Source: Alphaproteobacteria bacterium (GTDB lineage: Bacteria; Pseudomonadota; Alphaproteobacteria; UBA2966). Taken from it: DNA of 64,000 bases. Where the stretch lies: positions 288,001 to 352,000 of the forward strand of contig OZ219858.1 of assembly GCA_964291395.2 (NCBI GenBank), written 5' to 3'. The notes below the pieces were generated by a model. That model saw nothing but the letters and a program-made list of their open reading frames with translations, was not told the origin of the DNA and ran no database searches. The position numbers were made by a program, and so were the translations under genes. Of the stretch, positions 38,983 to 47,235 are shown in pieces (position 1 is the first letter of the stretch; each line of letters starts with the position of its first letter).

Positions 38983-39242
38983 GGGGTTGTTGAAAAGTCC
39001 GGCAGCCGTGATTCTCTGTCCCCATATCTTGTGTTCGTTTCTGGGACGCTACGAGATGTTGGGACGCAAGGCTCGCGACCAGTTGGAACTGTTCGTTACC
39101 GGGTCGCTCGATCAACTGGTGCCCGAGGATCATGTTCTGGCCCGCGTGGATCGTGTGCTCGACCTTGGGTGGTTGCGCGAGGAAGTGGCGGATTGCTACT
39201 GCGGGGATAATGGCCGTCCGGGTGTCGATCCGGAGATGGCGG
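38983..39242 (+). mobile_element. IS1182/IS5-like insertion sequence, left end plus truncated transposase (ATG 39056)
   Basis: End-like GGGGTTGTTGAAAAGTCC at 38983, then MLGRKARDQLELFVTGSLDQLVPEDHVLARVDRVLDLGWLREEVADCYCGDNGRPGVDPE (DUF772-type transposase N-terminus). Confidence 0.78.
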
Positions 39243-39363
39243 CCAACCCCGACGGAAAGATCGCCGTGCCTCCCGAGACTGACGCACCTGAGCCCGGCCG
39301 CCCCGGGACTGGACCACGTAGACCTTGCGGCCGCTGGCGTGGACGCGCACGCCAAAGCCGCCG
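39243..39363 (-). pseudogene. Integrase arm-DNA-binding (DUF4102-type) N-terminal remnant
   Basis: GFGVRVHASGRKVYVVQSRG then, after a frameshift, AGLRCVSLGRHGDLS. Confidence 0.72.
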
Positions 39364-39505
39364 CCCTCCCCGTGCAGGGCGCATGGCTCGGGCAGACCCG
39401 GCTGGATGGCAGGGAGCCCGGTGCATAAGAACAACGCGACATCCCTTCAGGCACTGCCACTTGCATGGCAACTCGGGTAAACTTATCCCGAATGTGAGGT
39501 CGGAC

Positions 39506-41248
39506 ATGCCAAACGCTTTGCTGGTCTACCCGGAACACCCTCCCACCTACTGGGGGGCCACCTATGCGCTGGAGATGTCGGGGATCAAAGCCGCCTACCC
39601 GCCTCTTGGGTTGCTAACCATCGCCGCGATGTTTCCCCCAGGCTATGAGCTCCGCCTGGTGGACATGAACGTGAATGCTTTGCATGACGCCGATCTCGAG
39701 TGGGCGGATTTTGTGTTCACGTCCACGATGATCACTCAGCAACTGTCGCTTCGTGCCGTGATCGAGCGGTGCAACCGCGAAGGGGTTCCGGTGGTAGCCG
39801 GTGGGCCTCATGCGACCATGTTTCACGAAGACATCGTAGGCGTGGACCACTTTGTGCTGGACGAGGTCGAAGAAACTTTCGGGGAATTCCTTGAGGATCT
39901 GCAAAGCGGAACGGCCAAGAGCATTTATCGGGAACCGCGAAAGCCGGATGTGACCCGGACGCCGGTTCCGCGCTTCGACCTCATCGATATGAAGAACTAC
40001 GCCAATATGAACGTGCAGTTCTCTCGGGGATGTCCTTTCGATTGTGAATTTTGCGACATCATCAAACTCTATGGTCGCGTGCCGCGTACCAAGTCGCCGG
40101 AACAGGTCGTGGAAGAGTTGGACTCCCTTTATCGGTTGGGTTGGCGCGGCCGCGTTTTCCTGGTTGACGACAACTTCATCGGGAACAAGCGAGATGCCAT
40201 GAATCTGCTGCCGAAGGTAGCCGAGTGGCAAAGGACAAGAGGACATCCGTTCACTCTGAGCACGGAGGCAAGCGCGAATCTTGCGCGAATGGACCAATTG
40301 ATGGATGCCATGATCGAGGCCGGTTTCGATACCGTGTTTGTCGGTATCGAATCTCCGAACCCCAGAACCCTGCTCAAGACCAAGAAGCCGCAAAATACCA
40401 GCAAGCACCAAGAGAACTACCTTTTCAATGCCGTTCGAAAAATCCAGCAGCATGGGATGCAAGTCCAAGGCGGGTTCATCTTGGGTCTGGATGGTGATGA
40501 CGAGGGCGTGTTCGACGCCCAGATCGAGTTCATTCAGGCGACCGGTATTCCCGTGGCCCCCATCTACCTGTTGACCGCCTTGAAGGGCACGGACATGTAC
40601 GAGCGCATGAAGTCGGAGAACCGGCTTCTGGAGGCGCCAATCGGAACCAATGCCATGCCTCTCAACTTCAAGCCGGAAATGGAATACAGGACATTGATCG
40701 AGGGATACGTGCGAGTGATAGGCACGCTCTACGATCCGACCCTGGAGAACTACTTCAGGCGTTGTCTGGCTCTGTTTAGGCATCTCAAACCTGTCCCACA
40801 CCTTCGAAAGCCTAAGGGCAGGAACGAGATCTACGCAGCCTTCATGGGTGTTCGCCGCTGTCTCTCAGACAGGCAAGTCCCTGCCTATTCGAAGTTCATT
40901 GGCAAGGTCTCCAAGGACTATCCACGCATGCTTCCCGAAGCAATCTATTTGGCTGCCATGGGTCATCACTTCGAGAGAATCAGCCGCCAGCAGATTGCAA
41001 TCCATGAGTTCCTCGGCTTCCTGAGAGGCGAGCTGGAGATGTTCCAGGAGGCGGCTTCGGGTGCCGCTTCGGAGGCCGAGGAAATCAGGAGCCGAAGAGA
41101 GACGTCGTTTGAACGAGCCCAGCAACGCTACGAGTCCATACCCGATGAGTTTCGATACCAGGGAGATGGGCTGGGCGATGCGCTAGAGTCCTTCCGACAT
41201 TCGGTGGATACACGGACGAATGAATTCGCGTGTGCTGAGATGGCATGA
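39506..41248 (+). CDS. Cobalamin-binding (class B-like) radical SAM enzyme, HpnP/DUF4070-type; candidate SwfC-like methylase
   Basis: GAGGT RBS before ATG 39506. B12-binding N-domain (PPLGLLTIAA, VVAGGPHAT), QFSRGCPFDCEFC (CxxxCxxC), VDDNFIGN, GFILGLDGD. 580 aa. Confidence 0.88.
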   Translation: MPNALLVYPEHPPTYWGATYALEMSGIKAAYPPLGLLTIAAMFPPGYELRLVDMNVNALHDADLEWADFVFTSTMITQQLSLRAVIERCNREGVPVVAGGPHATMFHEDIVGVDHFVLDEVEETFGEFLEDLQSGTAKSIYREPRKPDVTRTPVPRFDLIDMKNYANMNVQFSRGCPFDCEFCDIIKLYGRVPRTKSPEQVVEELDSLYRLGWRGRVFLVDDNFIGNKRDAMNLLPKVAEWQRTRGHPFTLSTEASANLARMDQLMDAMIEAGFDTVFVGIESPNPRTLLKTKKPQNTSKHQENYLFNAVRKIQQHGMQVQGGFILGLDGDDEGVFDAQIEFIQATGIPVAPIYLLTALKGTDMYERMKSENRLLEAPIGTNAMPLNFKPEMEYRTLIEGYVRVIGTLYDPTLENYFRRCLALFRHLKPVPHLRKPKGRNEIYAAFMGVRRCLSDRQVPAYSKFIGKVSKDYPRMLPEAIYLAAMGHHFERISRQQIAIHEFLGFLRGELEMFQEAASGAASEAEEIRSRRETSFERAQQRYESIPDEFRYQGDGLGDALESFRHSVDTRTNEFACAEMA

Positions 41249-41624
41249 TGAACATCGTCGAACCCACGTGTCGGCGAAGACGGGAGCATGGAAAATGGGC
41301 GTCGGGTCGTCATGATCGGGTTCCGGAGACCCGCCCATCCTCAAGGTGAATGTCTTCAATTGCGAACCATACGCGTCCCGCCAACCAGCCAGCTTGGCTG
41401 AAAATCCGTCAATGCACCAACATCCCAACTGGACCGGTCGACGGGGGCTGCCCATCGTGCGATATTTCTGAATTATTGGAGCAATATGGATTGAGGTGTT
41501 CGAAGGCAATACTGCGCCGATCAGGGAGGTATACGAATCGTGTTTCGCAGACCGATGCTCAAGGCAGCCCATCAGCACCGGAGGCCCGACGGGCTGATTT
41601 GAAGAACTTGACCCGTAAGGAACG

Positions 41625-42740
41625 ATGACACAGGATTCGACGAACCCTACCAGACCTGCCGAAAAGGCACGATGGCGCGGCTTCACGCAGTTAGCCCTGC
41701 TTCTTCTCGCAATCGCGGTTGCGCTGTACTTCGCCAGGGCTCCGAGCAGGGTGGAACGGGGACCGGTATCCGGTGCCGCACAGGCCAAACTGGTCCCGAG
41801 CATCGTTAAACCGGTCGCGACCGACCATGTCCTGACAGTCAATCTGACAGGAACCGTCAACCTCGCAAGGAAGACGACCGTAGTTTCCGAAGTCGTCGGA
41901 CGCGTGAACTGGGTTTCGCCCGCCTTCAGCAATGGGGGGACTATCCCGGCGAACGAGACGTTCATCAAAATCGATCCGGCTGAATACAGGCTTGAAGTCG
42001 AAGCGGCCAAGATGGCGGTCAAGGAAGCCGAGGCGCACGTCCAGATCGAAAAGGACCGCGCAGGCGAGGTCGCGAGAGCACAAGCACAGTTGGGAAAGGT
42101 AAGGGCGGCTCTGGCACTGGCAGAGCTGCGGCTCGAGCGGACCGAGATTTCGCTTCCCTTCGCATGCCGGGTTATCTCTTCGGATTTGGAGGTAGGTGAT
42201 CTGGTGGGGCCGGCCGACGCGGTCGGACGGATGTCGGTATTGGGTGTTGTCTATCGTCGGGACGCGCTGCAGGTCCGCGTGCCGATCGGTGCCGAAGACT
42301 TGGCGGATTTGGCCCCGGCGGTGGGTCGTTCGGCTCGGATCCATACCGATGGCGGCACATTTAGCGCTGAGGTGATGCGCGTATCGTCGGCGTTCTCGCC
42401 CAAGACGCGCCTTGCGGCGGTATTTCTCAAGTTTACGGAAGACGATTCGTCGGACAGGCCGCTCCCCCTTCCGGGCGAGTTCGCACACGTGGAGATTTCG
42501 GGACCCGAGCGCGACAATGTGTTTGTGCTACCCAAATCGTCTGCCTGGGAGAGCGACAAGGTCTGGGTGGTCAGAAACGGCGTGTTGAATTCCGCAACAG
42601 TCAGGACCATAGCCCGGACGGACGCCGGATGGGTCGTCGAGGCGTTCGACGCGGGCGAAGGCGTGGTCGTGGGCCCGCTGTCGGGTGCCCGGGAAGGCCA
42701 GGAGGTTGATGCCCGTCAAGCTACGACATCGTCTCAATAG
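41625..42740 (+). CDS. RND efflux periplasmic adaptor (MFP) subunit
   Basis: N-terminal TM anchor, VVSEVVGRV, IDPAEYRL helical hairpin, LERTEISLPF, PGEFAHVEI. Confidence 0.88.
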   Translation: MTQDSTNPTRPAEKARWRGFTQLALLLLAIAVALYFARAPSRVERGPVSGAAQAKLVPSIVKPVATDHVLTVNLTGTVNLARKTTVVSEVVGRVNWVSPAFSNGGTIPANETFIKIDPAEYRLEVEAAKMAVKEAEAHVQIEKDRAGEVARAQAQLGKVRAALALAELRLERTEISLPFACRVISSDLEVGDLVGPADAVGRMSVLGVVYRRDALQVRVPIGAEDLADLAPAVGRSARIHTDGGTFSAEVMRVSSAFSPKTRLAAVFLKFTEDDSSDRPLPLPGEFAHVEISGPERDNVFVLPKSSAWESDKVWVVRNGVLNSATVRTIARTDAGWVVEAFDAGEGVVVGPLSGAREGQEVDARQATTSSQ

Positions 42741-42784
42741 ACCTGTCTGATCAGTAACCCATCAAACGCCGAGCGCGAGCTATC

Positions 42785-45700
42785 TTGAAAAACGGACTGA
42801 TCGCATATTTTGTCGGGAATCCTGTCGCTGCCAGGCTCTTGATGATTTTCCTGATCCTCGGGGGTGTCATTGCCGGTTTACAACTCCGGTTCCAGAACGC
42901 CCCGGATCTGGACCTGCGTACGGTCACGATCACGCTGGCGTCACCGGGTTCCTCTCCCAGGGAGGTCGAGGAAGACATCAACCGCCGCATCGAGGAAAGC
43001 GTGGTCGGGCTCGCAGGAGTGGCCCGCGTCGTGGGCATAGCATCGGAAGGTTTCGCTCGAATTGAGGTGGAGCTCGAATCTTTTGCAAACGCGGACGCCG
43101 TCCTGGCTGATATCAAGAATGCGGTGGACGGCATTGAGAATTTTCCGCCCGCGAGCGCGGAGGCGCCGAGGGTGGAGATCAAGAAACTGTCGACCGAAGT
43201 ACTGACACTCTCCGTTTCGTCGCCGACACTGTCCGAGAACAGGCTCCGTCTGACGGCCGAGGACATTCGCGACGAGTTATTGGCCCTGCCTTCTGTGTCC
43301 TTGGTTCGCTTAAGGGGCACACGCGATAGAGAAATCGCGATCGAGATGAGCGAAGAGGAGTTGCGCCGCAATAATCTGTCCCTTTCCGAAGTGGCGAGGA
43401 AGGTGCGGCGGGCGTCGGTCAACCTGACATTTGGTGAATTGCGCACGGATGCAGGTGGAGTGGTCCTTCAGGTTATCGGGAAAAAAACGACCGGCAAGGA
43501 ATTTGAAAGCATTCCCCTGACGACTCGAGTCGACGGCACAATCATAAGGCTCGGCGACGTGGCAGAAATTCGCGACGGACTTGCCGACGAGCAAATAGTA
43601 TCCGAGGTCGACGGCAAGCCAACGCTGTTCGTTCGCGTCGAAGCGACCCAAGAACAATCGATCGTAGACGTCGCCGATAACGTCACGGAATGGCTTGCCA
43701 ACTACAAGCCTCCGGCCGGCGTCGAGGTCGATATCTGGGGTGACAGGGTCAAACCGATTTTCGACAGGTTCTCGGAAATATTGAGTAATGCCCTTATTGG
43801 AATCGTCCTTGTATTCGTTTGCCTCGTTCTTGTCTTCGATCTTCGGGTCGCGACCTGGATCACAGTGGGAATCCCCTTGTCGTTTGTCGCATCGTTGATG
43901 TTCTTTGAGATCGCGGGCCTGACCCTCAATATGGGAACGCTGTTTGCGTTCTTCTTGCTGATCGGCATCGTGGTCGACGACGCAGTTGTGGTAGGAGAGA
44001 GCATTGCGGCCGAAAGAGACCAGGGCAAGACCGCTCGGGAAGCGGCGATCTCTGGAGCCAAGATTGTTGTGGGGCCGATCACCGTAGGCGTACTCACAAC
44101 CGTTCTGGCATTTGTGCCACTTCTATTCGTAACGGCAGGAAATTACCAGATCGTACAGGTATTTCCCTACGTCGCATTTTTGGTCCTCTTTATTTCGCTC
44201 GCCGAAGCGTTCTGCATTTTGCCGTCGCATCTATCGCACGAAAAGGGATGGAGTCTTTCACCGCTACGCGATGTTCAGGAACGTGTGCGCGGTCGGCTCG
44301 ACGAATTGCGGGACGCCATCGTGGTCCCGATAGTCTCCTGGTCTGTCCGGCATGTCTTCTTGACATTTGCTTTCGGGATAGTTTTCGTGCTTGCCGCGAT
44401 TTGGTTGGTACGTTCAGAAACCGTCCGGGTGATCGTCTTTGACAGCGCCGCCAATCTCGGCAACACGATTCAGGCCGATCTGGAGTTGCCGGTCGGTGCT
44501 CCTTTCGATGCGACCGTAGCCGCGGCGCAGCGTTTCGTCCGAGCGGCCCGCGGCATTAACGAACAACTTGAAGGAGAGTCGATCAAGTCGGTTAGCCTCA
44601 TTGTGGGCAACCTTGGCGGCATCGCTGCGTCTCGGACGGGTCAAGACGACTCGATTCGGAGTCATCTCGCAACGGTGAGGCTGCAGCTCCATGACCGACC
44701 GCTTCGCGAGGCGTCGCCCGAAGTCATCGAGAGGGTATGGCGTCAAAATGTCGGCAACATGTCAAACTTGGAAAACGTCTCCATCCAGACCACCCGGGTC
44801 CGGTTCCAGCCCCCGGTCGCATACGCGCTCGTTCACGACGATCTTGAGGTCCTCCAGAAGGCTGCCGAAGAGTTGAGGTCGTTCATGGGCACGGTGTCCG
44901 GTCTCTACGGGCTATCGGACAGCCTGTCGCTCGGCAAGCGGTACTTCGAAATTCAGCTGACCCCGGCGGGGCAGGCGGCCGGGCTGACGCCGGCGATGAT
45001 CGGCAAGCAGCTGCGGGCCAACCTGCACGGTCTGGAAGTCCAGCGAATCCAACGCGGCCGCGACGAAATAAGAGTTGTGGTCCGGTATCCGGCGGAACGG
45101 CGGCGAAGCCTGCAAGAACTCGCCAGAGAGCGGATTGTCGGCCGTAACGGCAAAGAAATTCCGCTGTCCACCGTGGCACGTATCACTGAAAAACGGGAAC
45201 TCGCCACACTGACGCGCATCGATGGAAAGCCTGCGGCCTTGGTCAATGCATTTGCCGATTTCAACGAGACCACTCCGATACGGGCAAGGCGCGCAATCGC
45301 GCAGGAGTTCCTTCCCGACTTGCTCGCAAAATACCCTGGCCTCTCGATTTCCCGGGACGCCGGAGCCCGCGAGGAAAGGGCTATGCTCGAAACGTTAGGA
45401 GTGCTGGTGCCGATCGTCCTAGTCATCATGTACGGGCTGATGGCGTCATTCCTGCGGAGCTATTGGAAGCCGCTCGTAGCCGTGGTCGGCGTCCCGGTCG
45501 CCTTCGCCGGGGCTGTGATCGGCCATTGGGTGCTAGGTTGGCATCTGACCGCCATATCTCTGTTCGGCATGATTGGGGTCGCCGGGGTCATCGTCAATGA
45601 CGCGTTGGTTTTGCTCGATCGCTACAACACAATCCGCCGCGAGAACAAATCGATCCCGGCTATCGCGGCTGCGGCCGGGGCCACGCGAGACCGCTTTCGC

Positions 45701-45889
45701 GCGGTATTCCTGACCTCTCTGACAACCGTGTTGGGCCTCTCGCCGTTGCTCTACGAGCGAAGCGACGAGCTTTTGTTCCTCGTGCCGTTCGTGGTCAGCA
45801 TGCTGGGTGGCCTCCTTGCCGCGGGTATCTTCACACTGTTCGTCCTGCCGGCTCTGGTGATGTTCGTCGAGGGCCGCAGGGAAGCCTAG
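42785..45889 (+). CDS. RND efflux permease (AcrB/AcrD/AcrF family)
   Basis: 1034 aa. NPVAARLLM, PGSSPREVE, IGIVVDDAVVVGE, GVIVNDALVL, RFRAVFLTSLTTVLGLSPL. TTG start. Confidence 0.93.
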   Translation: MKNGLIAYFVGNPVAARLLMIFLILGGVIAGLQLRFQNAPDLDLRTVTITLASPGSSPREVEEDINRRIEESVVGLAGVARVVGIASEGFARIEVELESFANADAVLADIKNAVDGIENFPPASAEAPRVEIKKLSTEVLTLSVSSPTLSENRLRLTAEDIRDELLALPSVSLVRLRGTRDREIAIEMSEEELRRNNLSLSEVARKVRRASVNLTFGELRTDAGGVVLQVIGKKTTGKEFESIPLTTRVDGTIIRLGDVAEIRDGLADEQIVSEVDGKPTLFVRVEATQEQSIVDVADNVTEWLANYKPPAGVEVDIWGDRVKPIFDRFSEILSNALIGIVLVFVCLVLVFDLRVATWITVGIPLSFVASLMFFEIAGLTLNMGTLFAFFLLIGIVVDDAVVVGESIAAERDQGKTAREAAISGAKIVVGPITVGVLTTVLAFVPLLFVTAGNYQIVQVFPYVAFLVLFISLAEAFCILPSHLSHEKGWSLSPLRDVQERVRGRLDELRDAIVVPIVSWSVRHVFLTFAFGIVFVLAAIWLVRSETVRVIVFDSAANLGNTIQADLELPVGAPFDATVAAAQRFVRAARGINEQLEGESIKSVSLIVGNLGGIAASRTGQDDSIRSHLATVRLQLHDRPLREASPEVIERVWRQNVGNMSNLENVSIQTTRVRFQPPVAYALVHDDLEVLQKAAEELRSFMGTVSGLYGLSDSLSLGKRYFEIQLTPAGQAAGLTPAMIGKQLRANLHGLEVQRIQRGRDEIRVVVRYPAERRRSLQELARERIVGRNGKEIPLSTVARITEKRELATLTRIDGKPAALVNAFADFNETTPIRARRAIAQEFLPDLLAKYPGLSISRDAGAREERAMLETLGVLVPIVLVIMYGLMASFLRSYWKPLVAVVGVPVAFAGAVIGHWVLGWHLTAISLFGMIGVAGVIVNDALVLLDRYNTIRRENKSIPAIAAAAGATRDRFRAVFLTSLTTVLGLSPLLYERSDELLFLVPFVVSMLGGLLAAGIFTLFVLPALVMFVEGRREA

Positions 45890-46177
45890 GAGATCGAAGC
45901 CTCGGGAGACTGAGGGACCCTCGCTGATGCCTTCGCTTGAGTCCGGCACCAGTCGCGCTGATGTAATTGTGTCACTGCGTTACGATGATGAAGCCACGCA
46001 CCTCAGCGGCGGCGGGATCGTGTGCCAGCGCGTCGGCGTCGAAGAGCACGCTCGGGACGACCGGATCGATGGCCGCGCGCGCTCCCTTCCATGGATGAGG
46101 TTCGTGCGAACCCTTCCCTTTGCATTGACCGTCAGCACCTCGCTATGCAGGCGCCGCATCAGTGGGCGAGTTCGAAC

Positions 46178-46942
46178 ATGAACGTCAACGGGCAAACGGC
46201 GATCGTTACCGGGGGCGCATCCGGACTGGGCGAAGCGACCGCGCAAGCGCTCGCGGCCGCTGGCGCCAGGGTGGGCATCCTCGACATGAACGAGGATCTG
46301 GCACGAAGGGTTGCGGCTGAGATCGGCGGTGCCGCCGCGGTGTGCGACGTGGTCGACTCCGCGAGCCACGAGGCCGCCGTCGCAGAAGTGCGCGAGCAAT
46401 TGGGACCGGCACGCATATTGGTCGCCTGCGCGGGCATCGCTCCCAGCGCCAAGCTGATAGGACGCGACGGCAAAGCAAGTCCGCTCGGAACAGTCACCCG
46501 CGCGATCGGCGTCAACCTGATCGGCACTATCAACTCGTGCCGGCTGGCTGCCGCCGACATGGCCGCTCTGGAGCCGATGAACGACAACGAGCGCGGCTGC
46601 ATCGTAACCACGGCCTCGGTTGCCGCCTTCGAGGGGCAGAGCGGACAGCTCGACTACGCCGCGTCGAAGGGCGGCGTCGCGGCGATGACGATCCCGCTGG
46701 CGCGCGAGCTTGCCAGCGAGGGCATCCGCGTGAACTGCATCGCGCCCGGTCTGATGGACACGCCGATGATGGGCGGCTTGTCAGGGCCGGCGAAGCAATT
46801 TCTGCTCGAAACGACGGTTTATCCCAAGCGCCTCGGAGGCGCGGACGAGTACGCCGCGCTGGTCGTCCATATCGCGGAGAACACCTTCATGAACGGCTCA
46901 GTGATCCGGTTCGATGGCGCGCTCCGAATGGGACCGAAATAG
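46178..46942 (+). CDS. SDR oxidoreductase, HSD10 / type II 3-hydroxyacyl-CoA dehydrogenase-like
   Basis: TGGASGLG, CAGIA, TASVAAFEGQSGQLDYAASKGGV, IAPGLMDTPM, NGSVIRFDGALRM. Confidence 0.9.
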   Translation: MNVNGQTAIVTGGASGLGEATAQALAAAGARVGILDMNEDLARRVAAEIGGAAAVCDVVDSASHEAAVAEVREQLGPARILVACAGIAPSAKLIGRDGKASPLGTVTRAIGVNLIGTINSCRLAAADMAALEPMNDNERGCIVTTASVAAFEGQSGQLDYAASKGGVAAMTIPLARELASEGIRVNCIAPGLMDTPMMGGLSGPAKQFLLETTVYPKRLGGADEYAALVVHIAENTFMNGSVIRFDGALRMGPK

Positions 46943-47235
46943 CGCACGCCATGGTAAGGAGGCGATTAGCTCGTCGAGCGAGCGAGAGAACCCGCGACCA
47001 TTGGGGCCCGCGATGTGCCGCTCGCTGTCAATTGCCAAGAAGTACATATGCTGCTTCCGTTATACGTCCATGGACACAACCTGCGCACTTCACGACGACC
47101 TCGTGGACTGCGAACAATGACCGCACTAGAATGGATATGGAGACCTAATTTCCTTCATGTTTTGGCAAATTTCAGGCGATTGGCCGACGATCGTCGCCGA
47201 GCGGTTGTCGCCTTGGCGATACACCGAATAACGGC

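Noticed and set aside
38942-41248. 768-aa ORF as a novel transposase-radical SAM fusion protein
   Set aside because: The first 188 codons are a patchwork of IS stub and antisense integrase relics. A good RBS and a family-typical N-terminus are at 39506.
41350-41628. 92-aa ORF with CxxC upstream of the MFP gene
   Set aside because: Atypical composition, no RBS and no recognisable family. Likely the promoter region.
45970-46095. Minus-strand protein-like stretch (AIDPVVPSVLFDADALAHDPAAAEVRGFIIV), possibly a CoA-transferase relic
   Set aside because: Similarity too weak to support without a search.
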